The notes under the pieces are model-generated. The model ran no database searches, was not told the DNA's origin, and worked only from the letters and a program-made list of their open reading frames with translations. The position numbers and the translations under genes are program-made. 40,561 nt of DNA from Sulfurimonadaceae bacterium (lineage in GTDB: Bacteria > Campylobacterota > Campylobacteria > Campylobacterales > Sulfurimonadaceae), in the NCBI GenBank assembly GCA_041571435.1, contig JBFFUI010000017.1:1-40561 (forward strand), given 5' to 3'. This document shows, piece by piece, positions 1-10,297 of this stretch. Numbering within the stretch: the first letter of the stretch is position 1; each line of letters opens with the position of its first letter.

Positions 1-981
1 GATTTCAAAGATGATGCTATCCGTGACACAGACAAGTTTGAGATGCGCCGTGCCTACGTGCAGATCAAAGCCTATCTTCTTGATGATCCTAAATCATACT
101 TCCGCGTGACACTGGACATGGAGCATGTGACCAGCGATGCGACAGCCGGTGACTACAACGTCCGTTTCAAGTATGCTTACCTCTACCTGAACGAGATCCT
201 GCCATATACAGGCGTCGAACTGGGTATGGCACACCGTCCGTGGATCGATTATGAAGAGCATAACTCATGGTTCTACCGTGACACGCACTGGACCTTCACA
301 GAAGCGGATAACTCGGCAAAACTCTCCAACTCTGCAGACCTTGGTTTCAACTTCAAGACAGAGACGAAGTACTTCGGCAGTGAAGTTGGTCTCTTTACGG
401 GTGAAGGGTACCACAACGTCGAAGACGGTAAAGGCATCTCTTTGGAGTGGCGTGCAACGGCGCACCTTCTTGGTACAAAGGGTAAAGACAAGCAGACGAC
501 GACAACCTACTGGGATGCGTCGTTCTTCGGTCAGTACAACATGGCCAACAACAAATATAAGCAAGCTGGCGTAAACCAGGATTTAGTCTGGGGCGGTCTA
601 CATACGGTCTTCAATATGCCGTCGTTAATGGTCGCAGCACAGTACATCAAGTCTCAGGACACGATCGATGGGCCTGTTGTATACAGCAAGGCAGGTGAAG
701 GGTATAATGCTCATGCCGTCTACCGTTTCGGTGATGCAAAACAGTTCCGTGTCATCGGCCGCTACGATGCATGGACACCTGAAGAAAAATATGGTGCAAC
801 TAACGAAACGTTGACAAAGCACACTTACTACGGCGGTGTTGTTTGGCAGCAGAACAAAAACGTTCAATGGGTAGCAAACGTACTTACCTATGACAATGAT
901 GTGGCGGTAGATGGTACTCAAGCCAGCGGTGCACAGGATAACTCGAACAACTACATGCTAACAACACAAATCTCTTTCTAA
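1..981 (+). CDS. Outer-membrane beta-barrel/porin-like protein, 5'-truncated by window edge
   Basis: Frame is open from base 1. FEMRRAYV and RFKYAYL beta-strand motifs resemble OprO/P-type porins; aromatic-rich; C-terminal Phe (QISF). Confidence 0.7.
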   Translation, partial: DFKDDAIRDTDKFEMRRAYVQIKAYLLDDPKSYFRVTLDMEHVTSDATAGDYNVRFKYAYLYLNEILPYTGVELGMAHRPWIDYEEHNSWFYRDTHWTFTEADNSAKLSNSADLGFNFKTETKYFGSEVGLFTGEGYHNVEDGKGISLEWRATAHLLGTKGKDKQTTTTYWDASFFGQYNMANNKYKQAGVNQDLVWGGLHTVFNMPSLMVAAQYIKSQDTIDGPVVYSKAGEGYNAHAVYRFGDAKQFRVIGRYDAWTPEEKYGATNETLTKHTYYGGVVWQQNKNVQWVANVLTYDNDVAVDGTQASGAQDNSNNYMLTTQISF

Positions 982-1021
982 GAGAGATCTTCTCCGATGC
1001 CTTCGGGCATCACCCCTCTTA
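979..1021 (+). terminator. Stem-loop after porin gene, GATGCC-TTCG-GGCATC (996-1011)
   Basis: Perfect 6-bp GC stem with cUUCGg tetraloop between convergent genes; outer TAAGAG/CTCTTA pairing; no clear U-tract. Confidence 0.55.
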
Positions 1022-1049
1022 CACACACGTTATCCATCATTTTTCTATC

Positions 1050-2258
1050 TTATAATGACAACAGTGTCACACAGTTGCGACCGCCCTCTTTAGATGTGTA
1101 AAGTGCTCTATCGACACGGTTTATGATGGTGCTAGGTGTATCGCCATGTACCCATTGGGTCACTCCGAAACTGCAGGTTACGGTCTGCTTGATCCCGTTG
1201 CAATTGAACTGGATATCCTCTTTGAGTCTGTTGGCCAGCCCCTCTGCACTCTCCGCACTGAGGTTTGGACAGATGACCAGAAACTCTTCACCGCCCCAGC
1301 GTCCTACGGCGTCTACATCGCGGACGTTTGTCCTGAGGTTGGCTGCGATCTGCATAATAACTTTGTCGCCTATAGGGTGGCCGTACTCGTCATTGATCCG
1401 TTTGAAAAAATCAATATCGATAAGAATCAGACTGAAGGTCTCTCCGTCATGTTCGGCATGTTCGCAGGCGGTATGCAGCAGCTCTTCGGTCTTGCGGCGG
1501 TTATAGAGCCTTGAGAGCGCATCCGTTCCCGAGATGTAACGCAGTTCCCTGTTCTTGTCATGCAGCTCTGTCTGGGTGGACTTGAGAATCTTGAGCGTTT
1601 TGGAGAGTTCAATGTTCTGCTTTTCAAGAAGGACTTTGTCAATGGCTTTTTCGACAAGGGTGCGGTAGATCTTTGAGATGTAGAGTGCGATGCCGATAAA
1701 GACAGTTAAAAAGACCATTTTAATTATGATATTGCTCAGAGCTACCTTGGGTGTCGTAAAGGATTCGGTGATGGTACCAAACTCTATGGTCTGGTTGGTA
1801 ACTGCCAAAACGATGATGATGAGATAGGAGAGGAGGCTCAGAAGACCTGTGATTAATGTCAGCTTGGGCGAAAAGCGGATGGTGGCAAGACCGATCCATA
1901 AAAAATAGAACAAAAAAGCCTCTGTTTTAAACGTACGGTAGGTGCCGATCGTGTAGATAAAGAGAGAGAGCAGGATAACATCGATGCTCACAGAGAGGTA
2001 CTTCAACCATCGGTGATGGCGGCCGTTACCTGTGAGAACAAAGACGAAAAAGACATAGAGAAAATTAAAGAAGGCGGCACTCATGATAAAAAGGAATGAG
2101 GTTTCGGGTATCTCTTTTTTTATGGCAAAAGCGGCACCTATGTATATGAACGTAAAGAAGAAGCGCGCCAGGTTGGCATATTTTTCACTGCGCATCTCTT
2201 CCTGGATAAAAAGTTCCGATATCGATGGTGCGGTATCGACCGGTATTGAAGATTTCAT
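1050..2258 (-). CDS. Membrane-anchored diguanylate cyclase (GGDEF domain)
   Basis: N-terminal TM helices, coiled coil, DALSRLYNRR, DIDFFKRIND, RWGGEEF active-site motif. Confidence 0.92.
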   Translation of the reverse strand: MKSSIPVDTAPSISELFIQEEMRSEKYANLARFFFTFIYIGAAFAIKKEIPETSFLFIMSAAFFNFLYVFFVFVLTGNGRHHRWLKYLSVSIDVILLSLFIYTIGTYRTFKTEAFLFYFLWIGLATIRFSPKLTLITGLLSLLSYLIIIVLAVTNQTIEFGTITESFTTPKVALSNIIIKMVFLTVFIGIALYISKIYRTLVEKAIDKVLLEKQNIELSKTLKILKSTQTELHDKNRELRYISGTDALSRLYNRRKTEELLHTACEHAEHDGETFSLILIDIDFFKRINDEYGHPIGDKVIMQIAANLRTNVRDVDAVGRWGGEEFLVICPNLSAESAEGLANRLKEDIQFNCNGIKQTVTCSFGVTQWVHGDTPSTIINRVDRALYTSKEGGRNCVTLLSL

Positions 2259-2391
2259 GCTCCATTATACTATACAATAGTATTAATATATAACCATTCC
2301 TAATTTTATATGTTTCAGTTCTGTAATATTTCGGGAATCTAAAAGGCTTTGTCGGTGGTCAAAAGAGAGGGAAAAGCGTCGGGGTTTATCC

Positions 2392-2949
2392 CTAGAATCC
2401 AAATGATTTTCTGAAGCGTTCCTCTTCGAGACTCTTTTTCGGTTCCTCTTTGTCGGCAGATGACGGCGCAAACTCTTTTATCATGATAACGGATTTTGAT
2501 CCTGCTGTATCGCACTTCTTGGAGGCTTTCTGTTTCTCAAAACCAAGTCTCTCAAAAAATGTGATAGCGTCGTCCTCCTCGCGCACCGAGAGCGACATCT
2601 TCGGATAGAGCTTTGCGACCTCCGTAAAGAGCTGCTCCATCAGCTTCGTGCCCAGACCCTGATTGCGGTACTCCGGCAAAACGGCAAGAGAGAGTTCGGG
2701 TGTTGCGTTGTCGACATAGCCGAAGCCGTTAAGGAGCATGCGGACCCATGCCCCGCCCGCCACTTTATGATCGACAATCGCATAGACGCCGATGTCACCG
2801 TTATAGTTGCCGTAGTTACGGACGTACTGTTCAAGTTCAGGATGATCGGAGAGCGTCTCACCGGTTTCGTCCAGATGGGCAGCATAATGCAGCAGCTCTT
2901 TAACGATAAAGCCTTCGGAAGAGCGTAAAAAATAGAGTTCGGTTTTCAT
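2392..2949 (-). CDS. GNAT family N-acetyltransferase
   Basis: AVLPEYRNQGLGTKLM acetyl-CoA motif A; AITFFERLGF. Confidence 0.9.
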   Translation of the reverse strand: MKTELYFLRSSEGFIVKELLHYAAHLDETGETLSDHPELEQYVRNYGNYNGDIGVYAIVDHKVAGGAWVRMLLNGFGYVDNATPELSLAVLPEYRNQGLGTKLMEQLFTEVAKLYPKMSLSVREEDDAITFFERLGFEKQKASKKCDTAGSKSVIMIKEFAPSSADKEEPKKSLEEERFRKSFGF

Positions 2950-3059
2950 GGAGGAATTATACCTTTTTATCGGTGTTGTTTTTTAGACAAACTTCGCTGT
3001 TTTATAAGTGGATGATTACATGGTACAATTGTCGATAATGAACAAGAAGATAGGAAAAG

Positions 3060-4040
3060 ATGAACAACATAGCGATTTTATGCTCTGGCGGCGATGTTTC
3101 GGGCATGAACCCCGCCATCAAACACTTTGTCGAATACAGCCTGGCAAAAGGGCTTAAGCCCTTTTTGGTCTATGACGGGTTCGAAGGCCTTATCGATAAC
3201 AAGATCGTTAGTGCGGGTTATACCGATGTGAGCGGTATCATCAACCGCGGCGGGACAAAGATCGGATCGGCCCGGTCTCAACGCTTTTTTGACCCGGAGT
3301 TTCGAAAGCAGGCCAAAGCTAACCTGGACAGTCATGGTATAGACAAACTGGTGGTCCTGGGCGGTGACGGCAGCTTCCGCGGTATGGAACTTTTCTACAA
3401 AGAGCACGGGATTGCCTTCACGGGGATCCCGTCGACGATCGATAACGACATCGTGGGGACCGATTACTGCCTGGGCGTTGACACGGCGCTCAACATCATA
3501 CGTGAAGCACTCGATGCCATCCGTGATACTGCGGCTTCGTTCAAGCGGGCTTTCGTGGTCGAGACGATGGGACGTGATTGCGGCTATCTGGCACTGGTAT
3601 CGGGACTTACCTCCGGGGCGGAGCTCTGTCTGATCCCGGAGATCCCGTACGACCTGAGCCATTATGAAACGAGGTTCAAGCAGGATCTCGCCGAAGGACG
3701 CCGTTATTTTCTGGCAGTCGTATCGGAGGGGATCAAAGAGGATTCAGAAGCAATCGCAGCGTGGTTTGAAGAGAAGATCGGCGTCGAATCACGGGTAACG
3801 GTTCTCGGACATATCCAGCGCGGGGGCAACCCGAGCAGCAGAGACCGTTTGATGGCCTACCGCTTTGTCAACTTCGGGATCGACGGTCTATTGGCGGGCG
3901 AGAGAGACAAGATCAGCTGCTATAACAACAGCCGTTTTAACTACAAATCGATAGCGGATGTCGCCAACAAGGTGCATGAGATCGAGCCGTCGCTGCTCAA
4001 GCTTGCCAGTGCCTGCCTGACCTGTGCAAAAGAGGCTTAA
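3060..4040 (+). CDS. pfkA: ATP-dependent 6-phosphofructokinase
   Basis: SGGD..GMN, GGDGS, TIDND, ETMGR and LGHIQRGG motifs. Confidence 0.95.
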   Translation: MNNIAILCSGGDVSGMNPAIKHFVEYSLAKGLKPFLVYDGFEGLIDNKIVSAGYTDVSGIINRGGTKIGSARSQRFFDPEFRKQAKANLDSHGIDKLVVLGGDGSFRGMELFYKEHGIAFTGIPSTIDNDIVGTDYCLGVDTALNIIREALDAIRDTAASFKRAFVVETMGRDCGYLALVSGLTSGAELCLIPEIPYDLSHYETRFKQDLAEGRRYFLAVVSEGIKEDSEAIAAWFEEKIGVESRVTVLGHIQRGGNPSSRDRLMAYRFVNFGIDGLLAGERDKISCYNNSRFNYKSIADVANKVHEIEPSLLKLASACLTCAKEA

Positions 4041-4768
4041 AGAGCAACCTCTCTGAAGTCGCTGCGGGTATTTGGTATGGGTCTGTTCGAGATGCCGCGC
4101 AGGCTGTAGACAAAAGAGATCTTCGGTCTGTCGGTGGTGTTTTTGTTGGCGTAGTGCAGCGTCTTGGCATGAAACAGTACGACGTCGCCTTTTTGCAGGT
4201 TGAAATGAACGCGATTGGCGATGATCGCCTGGTTTTGCGGCAGATCGTCTCTGAAAGCGGACTGTTCGTCAAACTGCTCGGGTGAGAATGTCATCTTATG
4301 GGTGCCGGGTATAAACTCCAGCAGACCGTTTTCAAGGAACTCGTCATCCAGGCTGAGCCAGACGCTCAGGAGATTGTCGTTTTCGTAGTGCCAGTAACGG
4401 ATATCCTGGTGCCAGGTCGTCACAGAGCTGATGTGCGGAAGCTTGGTCATGATGGAGTTGTGGTGCGCAAGCAGCAAAACAGGCGGTTCGCCCAGTAGCT
4501 GTTCTAACATAGACCGTATTTCCGGGTTGGTCATCCACTGTGCGAAGAGCGGCTCTCTGTCATAGACCTGACGCAGACGGCGTGTGGTCTTGGAGTCGCA
4601 CTCTTTTTGCAGGTACTCCTCTTCACTCTCGATCGGTTCGATCTGTTCATAGAGATGTTTTGCCGCAAGTTGGTGGATCTCATCGCAGAGCTGATGGCTG
4701 GCAAACTGTTTCAATAGAAGAAAGCCGTTGGTATGAAAGTCGTTGATCTGCTGGGTCGTTAGTTTCAT
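4037..4768 (-). CDS. Phytanoyl-CoA dioxygenase (PhyH) family Fe(II)/2OG dioxygenase
   Basis: WHQD...H facial triad, NGLLEFIPGTH, GDVVLFH..TLH. Start moved to ATG 4768 (MKLTTQQ, AAGGG SD); the ORF track begins at 4840. Confidence 0.88.
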   Translation of the reverse strand: MKLTTQQINDFHTNGFLLLKQFASHQLCDEIHQLAAKHLYEQIEPIESEEEYLQKECDSKTTRRLRQVYDREPLFAQWMTNPEIRSMLEQLLGEPPVLLLAHHNSIMTKLPHISSVTTWHQDIRYWHYENDNLLSVWLSLDDEFLENGLLEFIPGTHKMTFSPEQFDEQSAFRDDLPQNQAIIANRVHFNLQKGDVVLFHAKTLHYANKNTTDRPKISFVYSLRGISNRPIPNTRSDFREVAL

Positions 4769-4885
4769 GTCTGCCCTTATGTAATCCAGCATTTTCTCAC
4801 TCATGGCATTAAGATAAGCTAAAACGCGTTTGTTTGTCACCTCTGCTTTTTATCTTTTATAACGGCATTCGGTATAATCACTCCT

Positions 4886-5662
4886 ATGAATGTGAAAAGC
4901 AATATATGGTTTGAGAACGACAACAACGGGTTTTTTGGCAAGGGCCGTATCGAACTCCTGGAACAGATAGCGACGCACGGTTCCATCTCTGCTGCAGCCA
5001 AAGCGATGAAGATGAGCTATAAAGCCGCTTGGGATGCGGTCAATGAGATGAACAACCTCTCTGACGCACCGATCGTACAGCGTGAAACCGGCGGCAAAGG
5101 CGGCGGGGGTACGGTACTGACCGAAAAAGGACGTTCGACGATCGCGCTTTACAAAGAGCTTGAGACGATGCAGGAGCACTTCTGGGCGTCGCTTGAAAAT
5201 GTGAGCAGTGATGTCACTCAGCTCGCGGCATTCGCGAACCGCATGACATTGCGTACCAGTGCGAGAAACCAGTTACTGGGAAGTGTGAGTGCCATAACAA
5301 AAAGCCCCCTTGGCGCAGATGTGACCCTGCAGCTCTCTGGCGGCGAAGAGGTCCATGTTGCGATTACACGGCGCAGTCTTGAAGAGATGGCGATCGAGAA
5401 GGGTACGTCACTGTTCGTGATCTTAAAGTCCTCCTGGATCACCCTTTGCAAAGAGCGTGAAGAGGGCAAGAGCAATACGCTCCCTTGCCGTCTGGATGAA
5501 GTCTTGAGCGACTCGACATCGGTCGAAGTGACCGCTACGCTCGAAGGGGGCAACACGCTGACGATCGCCATGAAGCCTGAATCTTTCGAGGCACTTGGAC
5601 TTCATGAAGGTGATCAGGCCTGGGCCTGTTTCGAAGCGTCAAATGCACTGCTCGCGATCTAG
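4886..5662 (+). CDS. modE: Molybdate-responsive transcription regulator ModE (HTH + two TOBE domains)
   Basis: GSISAAAKAMKMSYKAAW HTH, GGKGGGG linker, TSARNQL TOBE start; upstream of modABC. Confidence 0.95.
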   Translation: MNVKSNIWFENDNNGFFGKGRIELLEQIATHGSISAAAKAMKMSYKAAWDAVNEMNNLSDAPIVQRETGGKGGGGTVLTEKGRSTIALYKELETMQEHFWASLENVSSDVTQLAAFANRMTLRTSARNQLLGSVSAITKSPLGADVTLQLSGGEEVHVAITRRSLEEMAIEKGTSLFVILKSSWITLCKEREEGKSNTLPCRLDEVLSDSTSVEVTATLEGGNTLTIAMKPESFEALGLHEGDQAWACFEASNALLAI

Positions 5663-5702
5663 TATTGATGCAGTACCAAAAAGTGACAAAACGTAACATT
5701 TT

Positions 5703-5726
5703 CGTTATATATATGTAGATATAACG
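5703..5726. promoter_or_regulatory. ModE box 1, CGTTATATA-N6-GATATAACG
   Basis: Matches the ModE palindrome CG(N)TATATA-N6-TATATA(N)CG. Confidence 0.88.
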
Positions 5727-5742
5727 ATAGGAAGGATGAAAC

Positions 5743-5766
5743 CGTTGTATTTTTTTTTACATAACG
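5743..5766. promoter_or_regulatory. ModE box 2, CGTTGTATT-N6-TACATAACG
   Basis: Same 9-6-9 palindrome geometry, more degenerate. Confidence 0.75.
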
Positions 5767-5814
5767 ATAGAATCACTCTTGCATTTAGCAGTGCAATGGC
5801 GGGATACATTTTAT

Positions 5815-5838
5815 CGTTGTATATGATTATATATAACG
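5815..5838. promoter_or_regulatory. ModE box 3, CGTTGTATA-N6-TATATAACG
   Basis: Near-perfect ModE palindrome just downstream of a candidate -10 (TACATT 5805-5810). Confidence 0.88.
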
Positions 5839-5873
5839 GTTAGACCCTGTCCCTTAAGATACAAGGAGAGAGA

Positions 5874-7379
5874 ATGAGACATCAGCTTGGAAGCATCGCT
5901 CTGACATGCAGTATTCTGGTATTGTCAACGAGCCTGTGCAGTGCCGACGAAGCACCAAAGCGAACACTGAAGACAAACTATCAGGAGGTGTATAACCTGA
6001 CACCGGGGGCAGTGGACAGTTTTACAGCGTTGTTTTCAGAGGGGATGTTCTACGGGCGCCTGCGTTCAAACACCTTTTACTTCAATTATGAGACCGAGGC
6101 TGCCGGGAATTCACATCTTATCAGCGGCCTTGGCGGTTCCCTGATCTATAAAAGTGCGACATTAAACGATATCGATATGGGTGGGGCCCTCTACTATTCG
6201 CGTGCATTTTTCAAGAGCAGCGATGACCCGGTCGATGCGTTGAAACCGGGTAAAGATGTACTGAGCCGTTATGACTATGTCAGTACCGGCAACAAATCGA
6301 TGGGCGTCCTGGGCCAGGCTTACCTGCGTTACCGCGGCATCCCGGAGACTGAGATAATCGCCGGGCGTCAGCTGGTGGAGACCTTCTACACCAAGTCCAA
6401 TGACACCAAGATGGTCCCCAATACGTTCGACGGCCTCGTCGTCGAGACAACAGCGCTCCCGGATACGGGGATCAAGCTGGCCTACCTTTATGAGCAGAAA
6501 CTGCGCGACCATACGCAGGCACACTCAGTGCTGGTGTACGGGGATGCCAACTCTTCGTCATCAGTACGGCCGGAGTGGAGCGAAAATGACGACTCTGCGA
6601 TGCACAAAGGGCTCACCTATACCCGTCTGGAGGCAGCCGGCGTCAGCACAAAAGCACCTTTGATCGTCGGTGACCTGCACAACACATCGATTACAAACCT
6701 GAAGATCGACGCGTCATTTTATGCGGTCCCGGAAATGCTGTCGGAGGTGATGGGCGAGGTTAATTACAAGATCGGCTTTGGTGATCTCTCGCTGACGCCG
6801 GGCGTGCGCTATATCAAACAGTTTGACAATGGCGCCGGTGCGATCGGTGGGGCCGCCTATAATGGCCGTGCTGCCGCTGATTATGTTGATCCTACTACAA
6901 AAGGGACACAACCAGCGAATCGCGATGCTTATACAAACCCAGATAGTTTGAATTCACAAATGGTGGCAGCCCGCCTGGTCGGTGCCTATTCGAATTATAA
7001 GCTGAACCTCGGCTACACCCAGATCTTTGATGAGGCGGACCTTGTCACGCCGTGGCGCGGTTTTCCGACTTCGGGCTACACCCGTTCGATGGGGATCTAT
7101 AACTGGATGGCCAATACAAAAAGCTACCGTATTGAACTGCAGCGAAATGCCAGCAACAGCGGGATCTATAAGGATCTCTTCGTACAGGCATCGTTCTTGC
7201 ATGTGGATGCGGATGAGAACAAAGGGTTTTACGACATGAACTATTACTATGTCGGTTTTGTTCAGAACATTCCTGCTTTGGTTGAGTTGCAGTGGCGTCT
7301 GAGACTGGGTTATGCCGATTTATATACGGCCGATGCGGATTTCCTTGACAGCCGTTTTGAACTTAACTACCTCTTTTAA
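5874..7379 (+). CDS. Outer-membrane porin (OprD-like family), first gene of mod operon
   Basis: Signal peptide; LGQAYLRY, GRQLVET and PNTFDG motifs; C-terminal RFELNYLF beta-signal; AAGGAG SD. Confidence 0.82.
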   Translation: MRHQLGSIALTCSILVLSTSLCSADEAPKRTLKTNYQEVYNLTPGAVDSFTALFSEGMFYGRLRSNTFYFNYETEAAGNSHLISGLGGSLIYKSATLNDIDMGGALYYSRAFFKSSDDPVDALKPGKDVLSRYDYVSTGNKSMGVLGQAYLRYRGIPETEIIAGRQLVETFYTKSNDTKMVPNTFDGLVVETTALPDTGIKLAYLYEQKLRDHTQAHSVLVYGDANSSSSVRPEWSENDDSAMHKGLTYTRLEAAGVSTKAPLIVGDLHNTSITNLKIDASFYAVPEMLSEVMGEVNYKIGFGDLSLTPGVRYIKQFDNGAGAIGGAAYNGRAAADYVDPTTKGTQPANRDAYTNPDSLNSQMVAARLVGAYSNYKLNLGYTQIFDEADLVTPWRGFPTSGYTRSMGIYNWMANTKSYRIELQRNASNSGIYKDLFVQASFLHVDADENKGFYDMNYYYVGFVQNIPALVELQWRLRLGYADLYTADADFLDSRFELNYLF

Positions 7380-7391
7380 CAAGGTAGAAAG

Positions 7392-8135
7392 ATGAAAAAA
7401 TCAGTATATGTCCTGCTTTTTGCGGCACTTACACTCAGTGCGGGCAAGATCAACATCGCCGTGGCAGCCAACGTCTCTTACGCGATCGACGAGTTGAAGG
7501 CAGAGTTTGCAAAGAGCCACCCCGACACCAAGGTGCAGGTGACTCTCGGCAGCAGTGGCAAGCTGACGGCACAGATCAAAAACGGTGCACCTTATGGCCT
7601 CTTTATGGCCGCCAACATGAAGTACCCGCAGGCACTATATGATGAGAAGATCGCCATTACAGAGCCGCTTGTCTATGCAGAGGGAGCGTTGGCCTATCTG
7701 AGTGTAAAACAACAGGATTTCTCCCCGGGCATCGCCTTGTTAAAAGAGGAGAAGATCAAAAAGATCGCGATTGCCAGCCCCAAAACGGCGCCGTACGGAA
7801 AAGCGGCTGTCGAAGCGATGAAAACGGCAGGCATTTACGAAAGTGTCAAGGACAAATTTGTCTTTGCCGAGTCCATCTCGCAAACCGTCTCTTATGCGGT
7901 GACAGCAGCCGATATCGGGATCATCGCAAAATCGTCACTCTACAGCGATAAGATGGCGCAGTACAAAGAGGGCGTGAACTGGTCGGCTGTGGACCCGGCG
8001 CTCTACACACCTATCAAACAGGGTGTCGTTCTGCTCAAACAGGGTGAAAAAAATAGTGAGTACAGAGCGTTTTACGACTTTATCCTCAGTCCGAAGGGAA
8101 AGATGATCCTCAAAAAATACGGGTACATTATCTGA
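7392..8135 (+). CDS. modA: Molybdate ABC transporter periplasmic binding protein
   Basis: AVAAN, GSSGKLTAQIKNGAP and P.TAPYG.AA motifs; signal peptide. Confidence 0.95.
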   Translation: MKKSVYVLLFAALTLSAGKINIAVAANVSYAIDELKAEFAKSHPDTKVQVTLGSSGKLTAQIKNGAPYGLFMAANMKYPQALYDEKIAITEPLVYAEGALAYLSVKQQDFSPGIALLKEEKIKKIAIASPKTAPYGKAAVEAMKTAGIYESVKDKFVFAESISQTVSYAVTAADIGIIAKSSLYSDKMAQYKEGVNWSAVDPALYTPIKQGVVLLKQGEKNSEYRAFYDFILSPKGKMILKKYGYII

Positions 8136-8530
8136 TGAACAAAATCCCAGCGACCGTCACGGCGATAGAGCGTGCCGATACCATCAATATCGTCAGCTTT
8201 GGTGTTGCGGGACAGACTATGCGCATGATGGCACTGGAGTTGGACAGAAGGCTTACAACAGGTACTGAGGTGATACTGGGTGCCAAGGCGACCAATATCG
8301 CGCTTGCAAAAGAGATCAATTCGTTGATGAGTATCTCCAATCAGCTTCCTGTCAAGGTGGAAGATGTTGACCTTGGGGTCTTGCTCTGTAGTGTCAAATT
8401 CCGGTTTGCAGGGCATCTGCTTGAAAGCATTATCACCCGCGAGTCAGCACTGAAGATGGGGCTTGACGCCGGTGATGAGATCGTGGCACTGATCAAGTCG
8501 AGCGAGCTCTCTATCGTGGAGGTGCTCTAG
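8135..8530 (+). CDS. TOBE/Mop-domain molybdenum-binding protein
   Basis: SISNQL and [21 protein letters not shown] Mop motifs; translationally coupled to modA and modB. Confidence 0.88.
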   Translation: MNKIPATVTAIERADTINIVSFGVAGQTMRMMALELDRRLTTGTEVILGAKATNIALAKEINSLMSISNQLPVKVEDVDLGVLLCSVKFRFAGHLLESIITRESALKMGLDAGDEIVALIKSSELSIVEVL

Positions 8531-9219
8531 TGGATTTTACTGCTTTGGATCTTGAACCTTTTCTTCTTTCGTTCAAACTTGCAGCCATAACGACGGTTAT
8601 ACTGTTTGTTATTGCGGTGCCGATCAGCTGGTGGCTCAGCCAGACACGCTGTCGCTGTAAGCCTTTTGTCGAAGCGGTGACCTCCCTGCCGATCGTTCTG
8701 CCCCCTTCGGTTCTTGGTTTTTACATCCTTTTTGCCCTCTCGCACAACTCGCCGATAGGAGCTTGTTTTGAGGAGACCTTTGGGATCAAACTGGTCTTCA
8801 ACTTTACAGGATTGGTCATTGGAAGTGTGTTTTACTCCTTTCCGTTTATGGTACAGCCACTGCAGGGCGGCTTTGAGTCTCTGAACAAAAACATGCTCGA
8901 AGCCTCCTACATCGCCGGCAAAAGCAGGCTTCAGACTCTGTGGCGCGTGGCACTGCCCAATATCAAACCGGCGGTTATAACGGCGCTCATCGTCACCTTC
9001 GCCCATACGGTGGGCGAGTTCGGTGTGGTCTTGATGGTGGGCGGCTCGATCCCGGGGGAGACGAAGGTGGCATCGGTGGCGATCTATGAGTTTGTCGAGG
9101 TGATGGATTACTCCCAGGCACACCTCTACAGCGCGATCATGGTCGTGATGAGTTTTGCGGTGTTATTGGGTGTCTATCTCTTTAACCAGCGCCATAACAG
9201 ACGCATCGGAGTGCAGTAA
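8530..9219 (+). CDS. modB: Molybdate ABC transporter permease
   Basis: [20 protein letters not shown] loop, [12 protein letters not shown] start overlaps the upstream stop. Confidence 0.95.
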   Translation: MDFTALDLEPFLLSFKLAAITTVILFVIAVPISWWLSQTRCRCKPFVEAVTSLPIVLPPSVLGFYILFALSHNSPIGACFEETFGIKLVFNFTGLVIGSVFYSFPFMVQPLQGGFESLNKNMLEASYIAGKSRLQTLWRVALPNIKPAVITALIVTFAHTVGEFGVVLMVGGSIPGETKVASVAIYEFVEVMDYSQAHLYSAIMVVMSFAVLLGVYLFNQRHNRRIGVQ

Positions 9220-10082
9220 TGGTCCATATAGATATCAACAAAACTCTGCAGGGCAGTGTCGGGACGATGGTGCTGGATGTCGATATTCACATAGAGGAGC
9301 ATGCTTTTGTCGCACTCGCGGGTCAGAGCGGCAGCGGCAAGACGACGCTGCTTCGGATCTTGGCAGGTCTTGAAAATTCGACAGGTGTCGTCGATGTTGA
9401 CGGCGAGCTGTGGCAAGAGGGGCGGAAGGTGCTCGCACCCCAAAAACGCGGCATCGGTTTTGTATTTCAGGACTATGCGCTCTTCGCCAACATGACTGTG
9501 GAAGAGAACCTGCTCTACGTGGCCAAGGACCGGGAGCTGGCAAAACAGCTCTTGGAGATGACAGACCTCTTGGTGCTTAAAGACCGCCTGCCTTCGACGC
9601 TCAGCGGCGGTCAGAAACAGCGTGTTTCGCTCTGTCGGGCGATGATGAACCGGCCGAAACTGCTCTTGATGGATGAGCCGCTCTCAGCACTTGATCCGGC
9701 GATGCGCACCAAATTGCAGCATGACATTCTGACCCTGCACAAGGCTTTCGGAACGACGACGATCATGGTCAGCCACGATCCGAGCGAGATCTACCGTTTG
9801 GCGGACCGTGTCATTGTGCTTGATCAGGGCAAGGTGGTCCGAGAAGGGAGCCCGAAAGAGGTCCTGTTACAGACGCAGGGTTCGCAGAAGTTCTCGCTGA
9901 GAGGTGAACTGCTCGATATTGTCAAAGCCGACGTTATTCACATTGCGGTGGTCTCGATAGGTCAGCAGATCGTTGAGGTGGTACTGGATGCCGAGGAAGC
10001 GGCGACGTTTGAGATCGGTGAAGCGGTGCAGGTGAGTACGAAGGCGTTTTCGCCCTCATTAAGCAAGTTGAAACCTTCATAA
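9219..10082 (+). CDS. modC: Molybdate ABC transporter ATP-binding protein
   Basis: Walker A GQSGSGKT, LSGGQKQR, LLLMDEP, C-terminal TOBE-like region. Confidence 0.92.
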   Translation: MVHIDINKTLQGSVGTMVLDVDIHIEEHAFVALAGQSGSGKTTLLRILAGLENSTGVVDVDGELWQEGRKVLAPQKRGIGFVFQDYALFANMTVEENLLYVAKDRELAKQLLEMTDLLVLKDRLPSTLSGGQKQRVSLCRAMMNRPKLLLMDEPLSALDPAMRTKLQHDILTLHKAFGTTTIMVSHDPSEIYRLADRVIVLDQGKVVREGSPKEVLLQTQGSQKFSLRGELLDIVKADVIHIAVVSIGQQIVEVVLDAEEAATFEIGEAVQVSTKAFSPSLSKLKPS

Positions 10083-10137
10083 GTCAGGCTGGTATACTTA
10101 AGAATAGGCAGGATAAAATAGTGCTCTTCAACAGTGT

Positions 10138-10215
10138 CGGGGTGTAGCTCAGTTTGGTTAGAGTACGAGTCTGGGGGACTTGGGGCCGCTGGTTCGAATC
10201 CAGTCACTCCGACCA
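10138..10215 (+). tRNA. tRNA-Pro(GGG)
   Basis: CGGGGTG...CACTCCG acceptor stem, GTTCGAATC T-loop, anticodon loop CT-GGG-GG, encoded CCA. Confidence 0.96.
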
Positions 10216-10297
10216 CCTGTTTTTTGTCTACAACTTTTTATCTCAATTGAATTGCTGTTTTTTTTATTTTAGGGCAACCGCGTCATAGAGCGTCTCT

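Noticed and set aside
5703-5838. Mini CRISPR array (three similar 24-bp palindromes)
   Set aside because: Unequal spacers (16 and 48 bp), degenerate copies and no cas genes; fully explained as ModE operators.
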